Source of the DNA: Octopus bimaculoides
Taxonomy: Eukaryota
Reading direction: 5' to 3'
NCBI RefSeq assembly: GCF_001194135.2
Contig: NC_068981.1
Coordinates: 140,368,946 to 140,427,980 of the forward strand
DNA length: 59,035 nt
Part shown: positions 12,401 to 25,960 of the stretch, piece by piece
Layout: each line of letters opens with the position of its first letter
Numbering within the stretch: the stretch's first letter is position 1
The notes under the pieces: generated by a model
Databases searched by the model: none
What the model saw: the letters and a program-made list of their open reading frames with translations, nothing else
Told to the model about the DNA's origin: nothing
Program-made: the position numbers and the translations under genes

Positions 12401-12919
12401 NNNNNNNNNNNNNNNNNNNNNNNNNNNNNNNNNNNNNNNNNNNNNNNNNNNNNNNNNNNNNNNNNNNNNNNNNNNNNNNNNNNNNNNNNNNNNNNNNNNN
12501 NNNNNNNNNNNNNNNNNNNNNNNNNNNNNNNNNNNNNNNNNNNNNNNNNNNNNNNNNNNNNNNNNNNNNNNNNNNNNNNNNNNNNNNNNNNNNNNNNNNN
12601 NNNNNNNNNNNNNNNNNNNNNNNNNNNNNNNNNNNNNNNNNNNNNNNNNNNNNNNNNNNNNNNNNNNNNNNNNNNNNNNNNNNNNNNNNNNNNNNNNNNN
12701 NNNNNNNNNNNNNNNNNNNNNNNNNNNNNNNNNNNNNNNNNNNNNNNNNNNNNNNNNNNNNNNNNNNNNNNNNNNNNNNNNNNNNNNNNNNNNNNNNNNN
12801 NNNNNNNNNNNNNNNNNNNNNNNNNNNNNNNNNNNNNNNNNNNNNNNNNNNNNNNNNNNNNNNNNNNNNNNNNNNNNNNNNNNNNNNNNNNNNNNNTATA
12901 TATATATGTGTGTGTGTGT

Positions 12920-12951
<32 letters not shown>

Positions 12952-12952
<1 letters not shown>

Positions 12953-13283
12953 GAGGCATAATGGCCCAGTGGTTAGGGCAGCGGACTCGCGGTCATAGGA
13001 TCGCGGTTTCGATTCCCAGACCGGGCATTGTGAGTGTTTATTTAGCGAAAACACCTAAAGCTCCACGAGGCTCCAGCAGGCGATGATGGCGAACCCTGTT
13101 GTACTCTTTCACCCAAAAACTTTCTCTCAGTCTTACTTCCTGTTTCAAAGGGTCAGGTGAATATTCCCGAGAACACGTGTCTGTGGAGTGCTCAGCCACT
13201 TGCACGTTAATTTCACGAGCAGGCTGTTCCGTTGATCGGATCAACTGGACTCCTCGCCGTAGTAAGCGACGGAGTGCCAACAA
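12952..13283 (+). mobile_element. Near full-length tRNA-derived SINE
   Basis: A box TGGCCCAGTGG at 12962-12972 and B box GGTTTCGATTCC at 13005-13016. No acceptor-stem pairing, long unique body, microsatellite flanks. Confidence 0.8.
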
Positions 13284-13296
13284 TATATATATATAT

Positions 13297-13445
13297 ATCG
13301 TAAGATGCTTGCTTCCTAACCACATGGTTCAGGGTTCAGGCCAACTGTGTAGCATCTTGGGCAAGTGTCTTCTGCTCTAGCTTCGGGCCGACCAATCAAT
13401 TCCCCAAAACAGATCGATAGAATAAGTACTTGGCTTCCAAAGAAT
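13297..13445 (+). mobile_element. CORE-type SINE (OR2-like) fragment
   Basis: CTTGGGCAAGTG CORE-like motif at 13356-13367; matches other copies in the window. Confidence 0.65.
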
Positions 13446-13879
13446 GTATATTATCTGTGGTAGTAGTAGGAGTAGCATCGACATCATCAATAGCAGAGTC
13501 TTAACAGTGGTGGAGTTAGTAGTGGTTGTAGAAGTAACTAAAGTGGTATCAGTATTATTAGTTGCAGCACCATCGGTAGCGCATGTAATAGTAGTAGTAG
13601 TAGTAGTAGCAGCAGCAGTAGTAATGATGTTTACCAAGTTATGGTTACATGATTGTTTAGTCATGTTTTCAGTTGTTGATTGAGAATTTTTTGGGGGGTT
13701 AAAAACCACTCCATTTCATCTTGCTTCTTCGCGCTCATTAAAAATTTAGTGCCAGGGACATTTGGAGTGTTCATCATGCGATTGAATGCCGTCTCTTTTT
13801 ATTGCTTATTTTGTATTTTCAAACATTAAAAGGCAATGAAAACTCCTGATTATTAGACCTGTACTCACGATACTGACAC

Positions 13880-14990
13880 GAATTTCTCTCCTCTACATTA
13901 TCACTTCATCGGATGATCCTACAATCCTTCCTACTTCTCCAATCCATTACTGCAAGACTTCTTGTTTTTACAAACTCACGTTTACCTTCCTTGATACGCA
14001 TCCGAATCCCTAGCAGCCTAGTGACTTGTAGCTTTCTCCTCTACCCACTCCCATCAATTCCAGATCCTTCCCTTGCTCCAGAATCCAGTGCCACACCTGT
14101 CCGTTTATCAACATCACCTCCCAAACTGGGAGCATCCAAAACATTATTCATCCCCGTGCCGCCTTCTCTTGTATCTCTTCTAACATCAGCTTTTGCGTGA
14201 AATGTACCCTTTGCTCCTCATTAAATGTTATACAGTCTGGCTAACATCTAGTCGACGTACTTACAGGAAAAATAAACGTAATAGTAAAACACGGTTAATA
14301 GTAAAACACGTTACTTCTGCTCGACCAACCATTCCAAAAACATCATATTGCGTTTGGCCAGGCCTTACACCATGGAGCCACCACCATCGCCACTGTGCTT
14401 TGCCAAGTGCAGCGGTATGTTTTCAGAGTACGAAATGATTCACCCTTTAGATTTAATATCTCTCTTCTTCTCGTAGCAGCTTCCAAATTCTTTTTCCCTC
14501 TCGTTCTCCTTTCCTGTGCTGTTCACCATCTTTTCTCTCTCCATTTATCTTCACACTTCCACACACCCACATTCATAACTTACACCCACACACCCACAAC
14601 AAACATATATACACATATACACTCCACACACACACACACACACGCGCACACACACATACACACACACACTCACACACACACACACACACACGCACAGTAT
14701 CCCGACCACGGACACACAATGAGAAATTTTTCAACAAACTCATTCTCATACCTTCAAAAACAACATTCCCTCTTTCTCACCCACTTGTTTATCGGCAAAG
14801 TGCTTTTGTGCAGGTTCCTCCCTCCTTCCTCCTTTTTCTCCTCTCTAGAACTTTTCCTCTTTGCGACGAAGTGACATGTTCGAAACGTCATTTCCATAAG
14901 TATTCTCCCATCTAAAACTTTTACTGAGCGTGAAACTTATATCCACTGTATATGCCTATTTCACTTTTGCTGTGTTTTCGTCTATTTTTT
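13880..14990 (+). mobile_element. Penelope-like element 3' part: GIY-YIG endonuclease relic plus terminal repeat
   Basis: SFPCSRIQCHTCPFI...FSCISSNISFCVKCTLC...QSG*HLVD (PLE CxxC/GIY-YIG region). Downstream gCGACGAAG...CGAAACGTC at 14863-14889. Confidence 0.7.
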
Positions 14991-15004
14991 TTATGTTCTT
15001 CATG

Positions 15005-15150
15005 TTCTGTGTCTAAATTCCACCTAAGTCAACATTGAGTTTCATCCTTTTCAGGGTTGATAAGAAAAGTACCAGTTTAAGACTGAGGTCGATGTGATCA
15101 ATGTATCCCGTCCCTGGAACTTGCTGGCTTTGTGCCAAAATTTGAAATCA
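15005..15150 (+). mobile_element. tRNA-derived SINE fragment (same family as 24045, 25769, 45238, 53024)
   Basis: Shared motif TTTCATCCTTT..GGG.TGATAA..AAGTACCAGTT. Confidence 0.6.
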
Positions 15151-15252
15151 ATATTTGAGTTGCCTATATGTGTGTGAATGGGAGGGACGTGTGTGCGTAT
15201 GTAATCATATATTATATATATATATATATTTATGTATGTGTTTGTATATATC

Positions 15253-15355
<103 letters not shown>

Positions 15356-16791
15356 TGTGTGTGTTCGTATGTGCCCCTTTGCGCCGGCTCGATTGTAAAT
15401 ATGTTCTTTGAATAAGCATTACCGTTAAATGTCTTATTTACACTGCCGATGCTTCTGCATTATATCAAACACCAATATAATATAAATTGATATATATGTG
15501 CTTGTGTTAGTATATGGATGTATGATTGTATGTAGTGAGTGTATTTGGATATACTAAAATATGAGAGACAAAGAGAGAGAAGGAGTGAGAGATAGAGATG
15601 GAGAGGGAGAGGGAGAGGGAGAGGGAGAGAGCGGCCAAGAAATATTGCTCTGAATTAAATTCGATCTTGTTTGATTTGGTGGACAAACGTGTAAAACAAA
15701 CATGATTTGTGACAAAACCAATAAATGTAATGTTAAAATGATCTATAGATAACACAAACTTTATGAAGCTAAATAGAATTTATACGTTCGGAAATTATAA
15801 TATGATAAATAAGATGAATCACACAATCACAAAAAAAGTTATATCTAGAATTGGGATAATTTCTTCCAATTCAAATAAGTACTATATAGTTTTTGAATTG
15901 TCAAGGCGATGAAAAATGTTTATTACTAAAGGTAAGATGGAATAGAGACAAAGAATAATGCGTTTTTATATATATTAAGACCGATAAATCTTGATTCTAT
16001 CAACAATTCTTTCGAATTACATGGTAAGAACTGATAACTGAATTCCAATTGTATATTCAATTTACATTTTTAGAAATATATTTACGTGAAGCAATAGAAA
16101 ATTACAAGCTCCGATTATTTAATCATGGAGCGAATTTGATGTTAAGCTTTATAAAGTTTAAGTTTAAATCAAATATGAATTTTCTGTCTTTGGATAACAT
16201 TCTCTGATTATCAAATCAACAGAAACTCCATTCCTGATCAGAAGCATTATACATTTTAGTCTCCTTATGTAATGATTAAATCGAATTTAAAGTAAGCTGA
16301 TAGTTTTTAAATGCTCGTAGGTAGCCTTTACAATTTAAAGTTTTATTGAAATATATAACCTGTGACATACAAAGTCAAGTAATTATTTCAAAATCTCCTT
16401 TTGTAATCTCTGTACACTCGGGAAAACAAATTATTGATTTCTTATCTCAGCCTCAAAGCATTTTTGTACCAAGCCATACTAGGTGCCTAAATATGTATAT
16501 ATATTAGAATAGGATTACATTAATTTCATAATAAAATTTCTCAATGTACCTCAATTTTGTGTTAAGAGTTTTTAATTGTATTTTTGAAACGCTTTTTTTT
16601 TTGTGTATCTTGCACCGTCAGTTTATTGCATGATGCCTTTATTCAAAATCTAATATTGGACATTAAAAGAACAATTTGACAGACGGGAGGATTGCTAGTG
16701 CTACAACTGGAGTACACAATGCACATCACCGCTACTTAAGGGCCCGGGCTGGTGATTACACTTAAAACCCGCACATACATCACAAATAAAG

Positions 16792-16825
<34 letters not shown>

Positions 16826-16908
16826 NNNNNNNNNNNNNNNNNNNNNNNNNNNNNNNNNNNNNNNNNNNNNNNNNNNNNNNNNNNNNNNNNNNNNNNNNNN
16901 NNNNNNNN

Positions 16909-16953
<45 letters not shown>

Positions 16954-17235
16954 ATATATAAGAAGCTCATGGTATATATATTTATATATATGTATATGTT
17001 TATATGTATATATGTATACACACACACAAACACACACACACACACACATATGTATATATGTATATATATCACATTTATTTATTTGAAACTACAGAACATA
17101 TAATGAGTACATTTTAAATTAATCACTTGACCATTAATTTATACTTCATGTTTACATATCTGTATATCAGTAAAGCAAATCGTCTAACTACTGTACTTCG
17201 CTATTACATTTTTGAAGAGATAGCTATTTAGAGTA

Positions 17236-17269
<34 letters not shown>

Positions 17270-17414
17270 ATATATATANNNNNNNNNNNNNNNNNNNNNN
17301 NNNNNNNNNNNNNNNNNNNNNNNNNNNNNNNNNNNNNNNNNNNNNNNNNNNNNNNNNNNNNNNNNNNNNNNNNNNNNNNNNNNAAAAAAAAAAAATATAT
17401 ATATATATATATAC

Positions 17415-17450
<36 letters not shown>

Positions 17451-17580
17451 AACTTATTTGGAAATGGATTCGTGGCGTTCGATCATATACTAACATAAAT
17501 AATATATAAATATATGCATATATCCATACATATCTGTACATACCTACATCTATATGGATACATACATGCATATATGGGTA

Positions 17581-17786
17581 CAGGACATCACAAAAATAAC
17601 GTTAAACACAATGAGAAACGAAAACATAAAAACGAAAAGAGAAAACGAACTTGTATTTTAGTATTCTCGTTTCTCGTTTCTCTGTTTGTTAGTTTTTTTT
17701 TTTCGTTGTTGGAAAAAGTTCGTTTTCCATTTTCGTTTTTATGTTTTCGTTTCTCATTGTGTTTAACGTTTTTTCGTGATGTCCTG
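17581..17786. mobile_element. MITE with about 75 bp TIRs and TA flanks (Tc1/mariner-type), inside a larger palindrome 17495-17870
   Basis: TA|CAGGACATCAC...GAAAACGAACTT on the left is mirrored by AAGTTCGTTTTC...GTGATGTCCTG|TA on the right. Confidence 0.75.
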
Positions 17787-17887
17787 TACTCTTATATGCA
17801 TGTATGTATACATATAGATGTGGGTATGAACATATATGTATGGATATATGCATATATCTATATTATTTATATTATGATATATATATG

Positions 17888-17928
<41 letters not shown>

Positions 17929-18447
17929 NNNNNNNNNNNNNNNNNNNNNNNNNNNNNNNNNNNNNNNNNNNNNNNNNNNNNNNNNNNNNNNNNNNNNNNN
18001 NNNNNNNNNNNNNNNNNNNNNNNNNNNNNNNNNNNNNNNNNNNNNNNNNNNNNNNNNNNNNNNNNNNNNNNNNNNNNNNNNNNNNNNNNNNNNNNNNNNN
18101 NNNNNNNNNNNNNNNNNNNNNNNNNNNNNNNNNNNNNNNNNNNNNNNNNNNNNNNNNNNNNNNNNNNNNNNNNNNNNNNNNNNNNNNNNNNNNNNNNNNN
18201 NNNNNNNNNNNNNNNNNNNNNNNNNNNNNNNNNNNNNNNNNNNNNNNNNNNNNNNNNNNNNNNNNNNNNNNNNNNNNNNNNNNNNNNNNNNNNNNNNNNN
18301 NNNNNNNNNNNNNNNNNNNNNNNNNNNNNNNNNNNNNNNNNNNNNNNNNNNNNNNNNNNNNNNNNNNNNNNNNNNNNNNNNNNNNNNNNNNNNNNNNNNN
18401 NNNNNNNNNNNNNNNNNNNNNNNNNNNNNNNNNNNNNNNNNNNNNNN

Positions 18448-18511
<64 letters not shown>

Positions 18512-18516
<5 letters not shown>

Positions 18517-18675
18517 CGGGTTTATTTTAGTTTACGTCTATGATATCGACTCACAAAGCTTTGGTCAATCTGAGACTGTAGCAGAATACACTTGCTAAAG
18601 ATACCACGCAGTTTGACTGAACCCAAAACTATGTGGTTAAGAAGGAAACTTCTAACTACGCAACCACGCTTGTAC
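18512..18675 (-). mobile_element. CORE-type SINE 5' half, diverged
   Basis: Reverse complement resembles 13297 and 57090 (GCAAGTGTATTCTGCTACAG). Confidence 0.6.
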
Positions 18676-19104
18676 GTATATGCTAGTTCAGCAAATATTG
18701 TCTACATATCGGCCGATGTTTGAAATCTTACTTTAATATTTTTTCCTCTTGATGATAAATTATGTATTATAATGTAATCCTCTATGCATTTAATATACAA
18801 ACTTCTAGTTTTGAATTTTAAAAATGAAAAGAAATTTCGTAGGGCAATTACATGTATGGAATACATAACCAAAATGTAGAACTGAACTTGAATGGAAAAA
18901 GCCATTTCCAGAAATATGTAGATTAAGATAAATTTTGCGTATATATGTGTATACAAATGAGCATAAGACCAAGTCATAATCTTCAAACAATCGACTGGAG
19001 AATGTCAATCCACAAATAAAAGATATTAGCGTGTATATATATTTATATATATATACTAGCAGAGATACCCGGCCTTGCTAGGGATTAAAATGGCATAGAT
19101 TTGT

Positions 19105-19290
19105 ATTGCTTTACTTGCTTCATGTGACTGCGGCTTTGGTGGAACACCGCCATCGGTCGGAGAAATCAACCACAGGATATATTCTGTGTAAGCCTAGTAC
19201 TCATTCTGTCAGTGTCTTTTACCAAACGGCTAAGTTACAGGAATGTAAACAAAGCAGCATTAGTTATCAAGCAATGGTGGAGGTACGAAC
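19105..19290 (-). mobile_element. 3' half of the CORE-type SINE
   Basis: Matches 53195-53350 and the reverse complement of 57380-57547. Confidence 0.6.
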
Positions 19291-21054
19291 ATCTCATATA
19301 GGCACACACATACACAAATATACACATATATATGACAGTCTTCTTTCAGTTTCCGAGTACGAAATCCACTCACAAGATTTTAGTCAGCCAGTAAATAATA
19401 ATAAAGGTATTGTTATATAAGCTTATGCTTATGCTTTTCACCGTGCAATGACGAAAATAGTCTAATACCAGAGCATATAAGCCCTCGACAGAAAAAAAAG
19501 CAGGCTTTCCCATCCCGTTGGACGCGAAACCACATCCCTTTGTTAACATGACTAAGTGTGTTACGTTCACACACGGATAGGAAAACCTTTTTTCTGCCGA
19601 GTGCTTATATGCCTCGTTATTAGGCTATTTTCATTAGTCATTGCACGTTGAACGCCATAAACTTGAAGCTTATATAAAATACCATTATTATTATTTGCAT
19701 GATTGTAAAATACGGCGTCGTATATCAAAACCTTTTGCAACGAAAGCATATATATANNNNNNNNNNNNNNNNNNNNNNNNNNNNNNNNNNNNNNNNNNNN
19801 NNNNNNNNNNNNNNNNNNNNNNNNNNNNNNNNNNNNNNNNNNNNNNNNNNNNNNNNNNNNNNNNNNNNNNNNNNNNNNNNNNNNNNNNNNNNNNNNNNNN
19901 NNNNNNNNNNNNNNNNNNNNNNNNNNNNNNNNNNNNNNNNNNNNNNNNNNNNNNNNNNNNNNNNNNNNNNNNNNNNNNNNNNNNNNNNNNNNNNNNNNNN
20001 NNNNNNNNNNNNNNNNNNNNNNNNNNNNNNNNNNNNNNNNNNNNNNNNNNNNNNNNNNNNNNNNNNNNNNNNNNNNNNNNNNNNNNNNNNNNNNNNNNNN
20101 NNNNNNNNNNNNNNNNNNNNNNNNNNNNNNNNNNNNNNNNNNNNNNNNNNNNNNNNNNNNNNNNNNNNNNNNNNNNNNNNNNNNNNNNNNNNNNNNNNNN
20201 NNNNNNNNNNNNNNNNNNNNNNNNNNNNNNNNNNNNNNNNNNNNNNNNNNNNNNNNNNNNNNNNNNNNNNNNNNNNNNNNNNNNNNNNNNNNNNNNNNNN
20301 NNNNNNNNNNNNNNNNNNNNNNNNNNNNNNNNNNNNNNNNNNNNNNNNNNNNNNNNNNNNNNNNNNNNNNNNNNNNNNNNNNNNNNNNNNNNNNNNNNNN
20401 NNNNNNNNNNNNNNNNNNNNNNNNNNNNNNNNNNNNNNNNNNNNNNNNNNNNNNNNNNNNNNNNNNNNNNNNNNNNNNNNNNNNNNNNNNNNNNNNNNNN
20501 NNNNNNNNNNNNNNNNNNNNNNNNNNNNNNNNNNNNNNNNNNNNNNNNNNNNNNNNNNNNNNNNNNNNNNNNNNNNNNNNNNNNNNNNNNNNNNNNNNNN
20601 NNNNNNNNNNNNNNNNNNNNNNNNNNNNNNNNNNNNNNNNNNNNNNNNNNNNNNNNNNNNNNNNNNNNNNNNNNNNNNTATATACATACATATACATGCA
20701 TACATATATATATATACATACATATACATGCATACATATATATATATACATACATATACATGCATACATATACAGAAGATATGAGGAGTTTAGGTTAGGT
20801 AACACAAACTAATAGTACTCCAATAGGTAATTCACCAACATTGCAGTTAAAACAGCGACTGGATTTGTAGTTGTGTGAGAATATGTTGTTAAATGAAAAG
20901 TGATTGTTGGTACCTTACTTTGGGTCAGTAGGTATCGGTGAAATTAGGGAAACAGATAATACAAAACTGGAGATAGTGGAGATAGTATATATCTTTACCA
21001 GTTTCGTATTACATTACTATTTATGTGCGTGCGTGTATATATATATATATATAC

Positions 21055-21325
21055 TTTATATAAGGGCATTAACTATATAGTAATGCCTCACGCTTAGAGG
21101 GACTAAAAAAGTCAAAAACTACCAAAAAATAAGCAACATATTTACCGAAAGCGAGGGAATGCAACTTTCAGAACTTAATCTCCTAAAAACATTTAACTTA
21201 ACGGCAAACCACTGGTTTCTCAATTAATACAGCAAAGACTGTGAAGTAAGCTGCATCTTTTGTTCATCAGTACACGTATGGTCGAGACACATAAAATTAC
21301 TATATAGTTAATGCCCTTATATAAA
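21055..21325. mobile_element. MITE-like element with perfect 30 bp TIRs
   Basis: TTTATATAAGGGCATTAACTATATAGTAAT (21055-21084) and its exact reverse complement (21296-21325). Confidence 0.7.
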
Positions 21326-21335
21326 NNNNNNNNNN

Positions 21336-21378
<43 letters not shown>

Positions 21379-22769
21379 TAGATAGATAGATACATACATG
21401 TTTGGCATCTCAGACCGATTGAGTACTTTGTTTTTGGTGCGACAGTCCCACCATTTATAAGATTGCAGAATTCAATCGAATTATTGGTTACATGAAATGT
21501 TTAATTTTTCTCTACATTCCTAAATTTCCAGAATTTGTGTTAAAAAGGTCACTGCCAGATTGTAATACGCACCGGCCATTATAATTTAGACAAGTATGAC
21601 ATATATCACCATATATGAAAGCTTTAGAAAATGTCTTTTGGATTTATATAGACATCAATTCAAAAGTATATAGTCATAAAGGGAGTTGAAAATAATAACA
21701 ATTTTTACTTTTTAAATCTGAATTACAGGCCGTGATTTTCCCCATAGTATCCAGGATATAAGTTCTGGTAATCTTTTCTTTCTCTCATATGATGCCAAGA
21801 GGTATGGTATATTAGGTAAATGAATAGGAAGATCATTGGATTGAACCTTCAATATTATAGCGACTTCCTTTCAGTAGGCCGAGACATGTGTAATTCTGAA
21901 TATCAGAATCGATAAAATATAATCAATTTAATGTTGTGGTCTGTCAAATATCTTCTTTATTATCAGTCGCTACACCTTTGCAAAAGTCAATACAATTAGT
22001 ACAATAATTTGTTTATTATTTTGAAGTTTCTTCTGAGCTCTGCTTAGAAAGAGTTATCAACAGTCAAGGCATTAGGGCAAGTTATGCCTGTATCTTGTGT
22101 TTTTTAATTTTTACTGTTTGAAGTTTAATTCTAAGAAGTTATTTATATTTTGTTAATTTAGTTATTAAATGAATTCAGAATCTGATGAATCAAGTCTTTT
22201 ATTAATTTAAATAAATAAATTCATAAACAAAGGAAACATATTCTTTCATTTTCGAAATTTCAAGTAAAGCCAAATATCGACTAATGTAATACTGGATGAA
22301 CCACAAAAAAAATGTTCATTCTACAAATTTGATGACCGGATGCCTGGAAGCACAAGGCATAAATGAATGATATGCATTGCTGACAAAATACAACACAATT
22401 TTTATTTTTTGTTTCAAGTTTTGATGTTAATTAAATCAGAACTCAAAGTATTTTATGTGCAAAATTTACTGCGGGATGTTTAATTTCATTTTAAATCAGA
22501 GATACGTCACTGTTCATACACATATTTAAAGCGAAATATCGACATCTCAAACTGCTAGCGTTCTTCCATCCACACAACGTTTCCGTTTCTGAATCCTTAA
22601 TAATTTCTCTTGTTAGATAATCATTTTTTTTTTTTGCTATTGGCTCATGAAATTCGTTATAGGTTTTCAATTTTCTTTTATACCTTGAAAATAAATGTTT
22701 TACTGTATAACGTTATATATATATATGAATCGAATGCATAAAAGAATTGTTTCCACAAGCAATAACATT

Positions 22770-23640
22770 TGCTCAGACTTTCATCTAACATCACGTCCTT
22801 TCCTTCCACTTATTTCTGAGAGGGTTGTAGAGGCATATTCCTCAAGCACACCTTCGATCGGGCTCTTTCAGAAGCAACGATCGCCAATTGATCATGCTGC
22901 TGCATCCACAAACCAGTCGAACTTATGGATATTATCCAACCATCTTACTCGTACTATACCCCTGGATCTCCCGCCATGAACAACGAATGGAAGATAACGA
23001 GTTTAAGTTTACACCTACTACCCAGATTCTGATTACCAAATGTTAAACCTGGAATATTACTGATCAAGCTCCTGTAATTCTTGCATTAATTCAGCCTCCT
23101 GCGTTCCATCACTCGTGAAAACAATATCGAAATATCTTAAACTTCTTCATCTACTTCAGTGGAATCATATCACATGTAGAGTGCATTGACAAGACAAGTG
23201 TCTTAGTCTTCGCGGCACTAACTTTCATTGCTGCTGAGTAGTACACGGCAGAAAACTATGAAGTGCATATCGGAGACCATCTTCCGACGAATTTAGAAGT
23301 AGCTTGTCCGCAAATTCCATCCGAATACTACACCGCAGGAGGTCTTGAAAGAATTTTGCATTCTCGGCCTAACTAGTAGCAGTTGTGGTCTGAATGACCA
23401 TGTCGAAAAGGGCTGCTATAAGCAATAATGGCTCCAAGACCTAGGGGATACAACTGTGTTTCCCTAGAGATGGCATCTTTTGCTGTAACTGCCTCACTTC
23501 TGTCTTGTAAAAAGTCATGTAGGTTCTCTCGTAGTTTTGCAGCTATGTCACGTACTCACAGCTGGAATGAATCATGGCTTTACAAAGTTATGATATACCA
23601 CATAAGTATTTGAATACTGCTGCTTCAGAATCCGATCACA
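22770..23640 (-). mobile_element. Decayed RTE-clade LINE (RT C-terminal half and 3' end)
   Basis: Minus strand gives EFADKLLL (YADD-like), RYFDIVFTSDGTQEAE and GRSRGIVRVRWLDNI (cf. GRPRTRWLDNI). Many stops. Confidence 0.7.
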
Positions 23641-24044
23641 ATTGTTGATTCTTCACATCACGAGATTTACTCCAATCGCGTGTTTTGTTTTAATAAAAAA
23701 ATTATGTTTATCTATTAGAATTTTATTGTAGATATTTTCGTCAATTGTCTTCATATATCACATATTTTTCATACATTTTTTTATATATATTTTACATATA
23801 TTTCATGAAGTCTTTCTGTTTACATTCGTTGCAACGAATACCTTTCAGTTTAAACCCAGGTCAGACCAGAACGAGTTATTCTATATTTTTATTGCTGTAG
23901 GACAACATTATTTAATGTGACCTTCATTTTTGGAATGTTGTTGTCATCTCTAGCAAATTGAACAACCCCAGAGATTACCTCATTGGCTCATTTGCTGATG
24001 TGTAAATAAAACTAAAGTAAATGGATCTTCATCTGTTTCTAGGA

Positions 24045-24175
24045 TGACCATTTCCGTTGTATGATCAACTGAACAGGTTACACATTTAACTGGTACTTAT
24101 TTTATCAACCCTCAAAGAACGAAAGGCAAATCCAACCTACGTTGACTCTGAACTCAGAATGTAACGCATTTTGCC
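24045..24175 (-). mobile_element. tRNA-derived SINE fragment
   Basis: ACTGGTACTTATTTTATC..CCC..AAGAACGAAAGGCAAA, the reverse complement of the family motif. Confidence 0.6.
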
Positions 24176-24184
24176 CAGGTAGGG

Positions 24185-24420
24185 GTGGAGTGGCCGTGGA
24201 CATTAGAGGGATGATGAGAGGCAAGTGGGATGAGAACGTTTGAGAGGAAATGAGGTGAGCTCAGCTAGCTGCAAGGAGCATAGCCATATAGTGGCAGTAG
24301 AAAAGACAGAGCGAGGGGATATAGAATGTCAGGGCATCATAGAATGGGGAACGTCTGTGAGTGACTTAGTAGTTAATCTGTCAGGTGGCCAAATCATTGG
24401 GAGCAAAATTGGTTAAATAG
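24185..24420 (-). mobile_element. CR1/L2-group LINE 3' relic
   Basis: SLCLFYCHY and CSLQLAELTSFPLKRSHPT (cf. SLSLFYRYYHGxCSSEL). Confidence 0.5.
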
Positions 24421-25768
24421 AAACTGTGTGGAACCCTGCCAAATGAAGTACAACTAATTTAAAGAACCAACCTAGTCTCACACCAGATATGTAACCAATA
24501 AGGCGGAATGTAGAAACCCATGACCCACAGTGACCCACAGCAACCCACAGCTCCCCTATCAATAGAATTATTCATCTGATATTTAGTAGGTTGCAAAGGT
24601 AAATAAGAAACTTTTAGGGAAATTAACAAAGTGTACGGACATTTTTGAACTTACTTTTAACAGTAAATCTGTAATAAAAAAAAAAAAAAAAAACCGCAAA
24701 CACGTTGCAAAAACTAAATAAGAAATTTGTAGGCAAATTTAACGAAATATACTGATTGAAGTGAAATTTATGAAGTTTCTTCTGTCAGTTAATTCTAAAA
24801 TTACTTTCATCAGTAACTGTGAACTTCTTTCTGTCAGCAATTTGCGGTTGTTATTTGTAAATAGCGATTCCGCTTAAAGTGAAAACAATAGCATCTGAAA
24901 AATGAAAGTGAAAGCAATAGAGAGAGAGTGAGATAGAGAAAGAGAAGGAGTGAGATAGAGAGCTAGCTAGTTAGACAGACAAATAAGATAGATATAGATT
25001 GATAGTTATAGATAGACAAGATATAGACAGATAGATACAAAGAGATAGATAGATATAGTGACAGAATGATAAAGTTAGATAAATATAGATAGAGAGATAT
25101 AGATGGAGAGATATATTGATATAGATAGATATAGAGAGTGATGAATAGATAGATTTGTTTGTGAGTGCGATATGTCCCGTGTTTATAAGCCAGCAGTAAC
25201 TTGCCGTTTACTGTACTAAAACCGTAAGTAATATCGGGTCTCTTGTGGGACACTTAGCTTGTTTCTTTTACGTTCGATTTATTAACATAAATCCTTTAAA
25301 GAAACACAAAAAACGTAGTTCCTAAAAATTCAAAACGTTCCTCTATTCAGGTGTAGTTGTTACGTCACTGACACTAGAAAACTGGAAGTAAATATTTAAA
25401 AAAATTCAAAGACGTGAATGTAATGCAAAAAAGCAATCTAAAAATTAAACGAAAAACCTAACGTATGTCCGAGGGCAAATTATTCATGCATCAAAAGTAT
25501 GTATGCAATTCGTGAAGCCGTTTTCGCGTGAAAAGCCAATACACACATCTCTATTTTATATATTAGATATGCGCGCGCATGCACACACACACACATATAC
25601 ATGTTTAAAGAGACACGCGCGCACACACATGTATATATATATATATATATATNNNNNNNNNNNNNNNNNNNNNNNNNNNNNNNNNNNNCCGTTTGTCTGT
25701 ACCTGTTATGTGTCCTCTGTGTGTATCCCCTTGTGAGTAGTAAAGAAATAACACACTCATATATATTA

Positions 25769-25960
25769 GGCGGCAAGCTGACAGAAACGTTAGCACGCCG
25801 GGCGAGATAGGTCGACTTTGCCTTTCATCTTTTCAGAGTCGATTAAATAAGTACCAGTTACGCACTGGAGTCGATATAATCGACTTAATCCGTTTGTCTG
25901 TACCTGTTATGTGTCCTCTGTGTGTATCCCCTTGTGAGTAGTAAAGAAATAACACACTCA
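25769..25960 (+). mobile_element. tRNA-derived SINE with internal deletion
   Basis: GGCGGCAAGCTG head, GTCGACTTTGCCTTTCATC and AAGTACCAGTT. Confidence 0.75.

Noticed and set aside
12952-13025. tRNA gene
   Set aside because: A and B boxes are present, but there is no acceptor-stem pairing and the sequence continues into a SINE body.
13377-13709. Thr/Val-rich mucin-like ORFs
   Set aside because: Derived from degenerate (GTA)n/(GCA)n repeats; no splice support.
18702-19008. Two overlapping minus-strand ORFs with a GTAAGA donor
   Set aside because: AT-rich, two equally poor frames and no recognisable motif.
21729-21801. Exon-like segment readable on either strand
   Set aside because: Splice-like signals on both strands and no partner exon; cannot discriminate.
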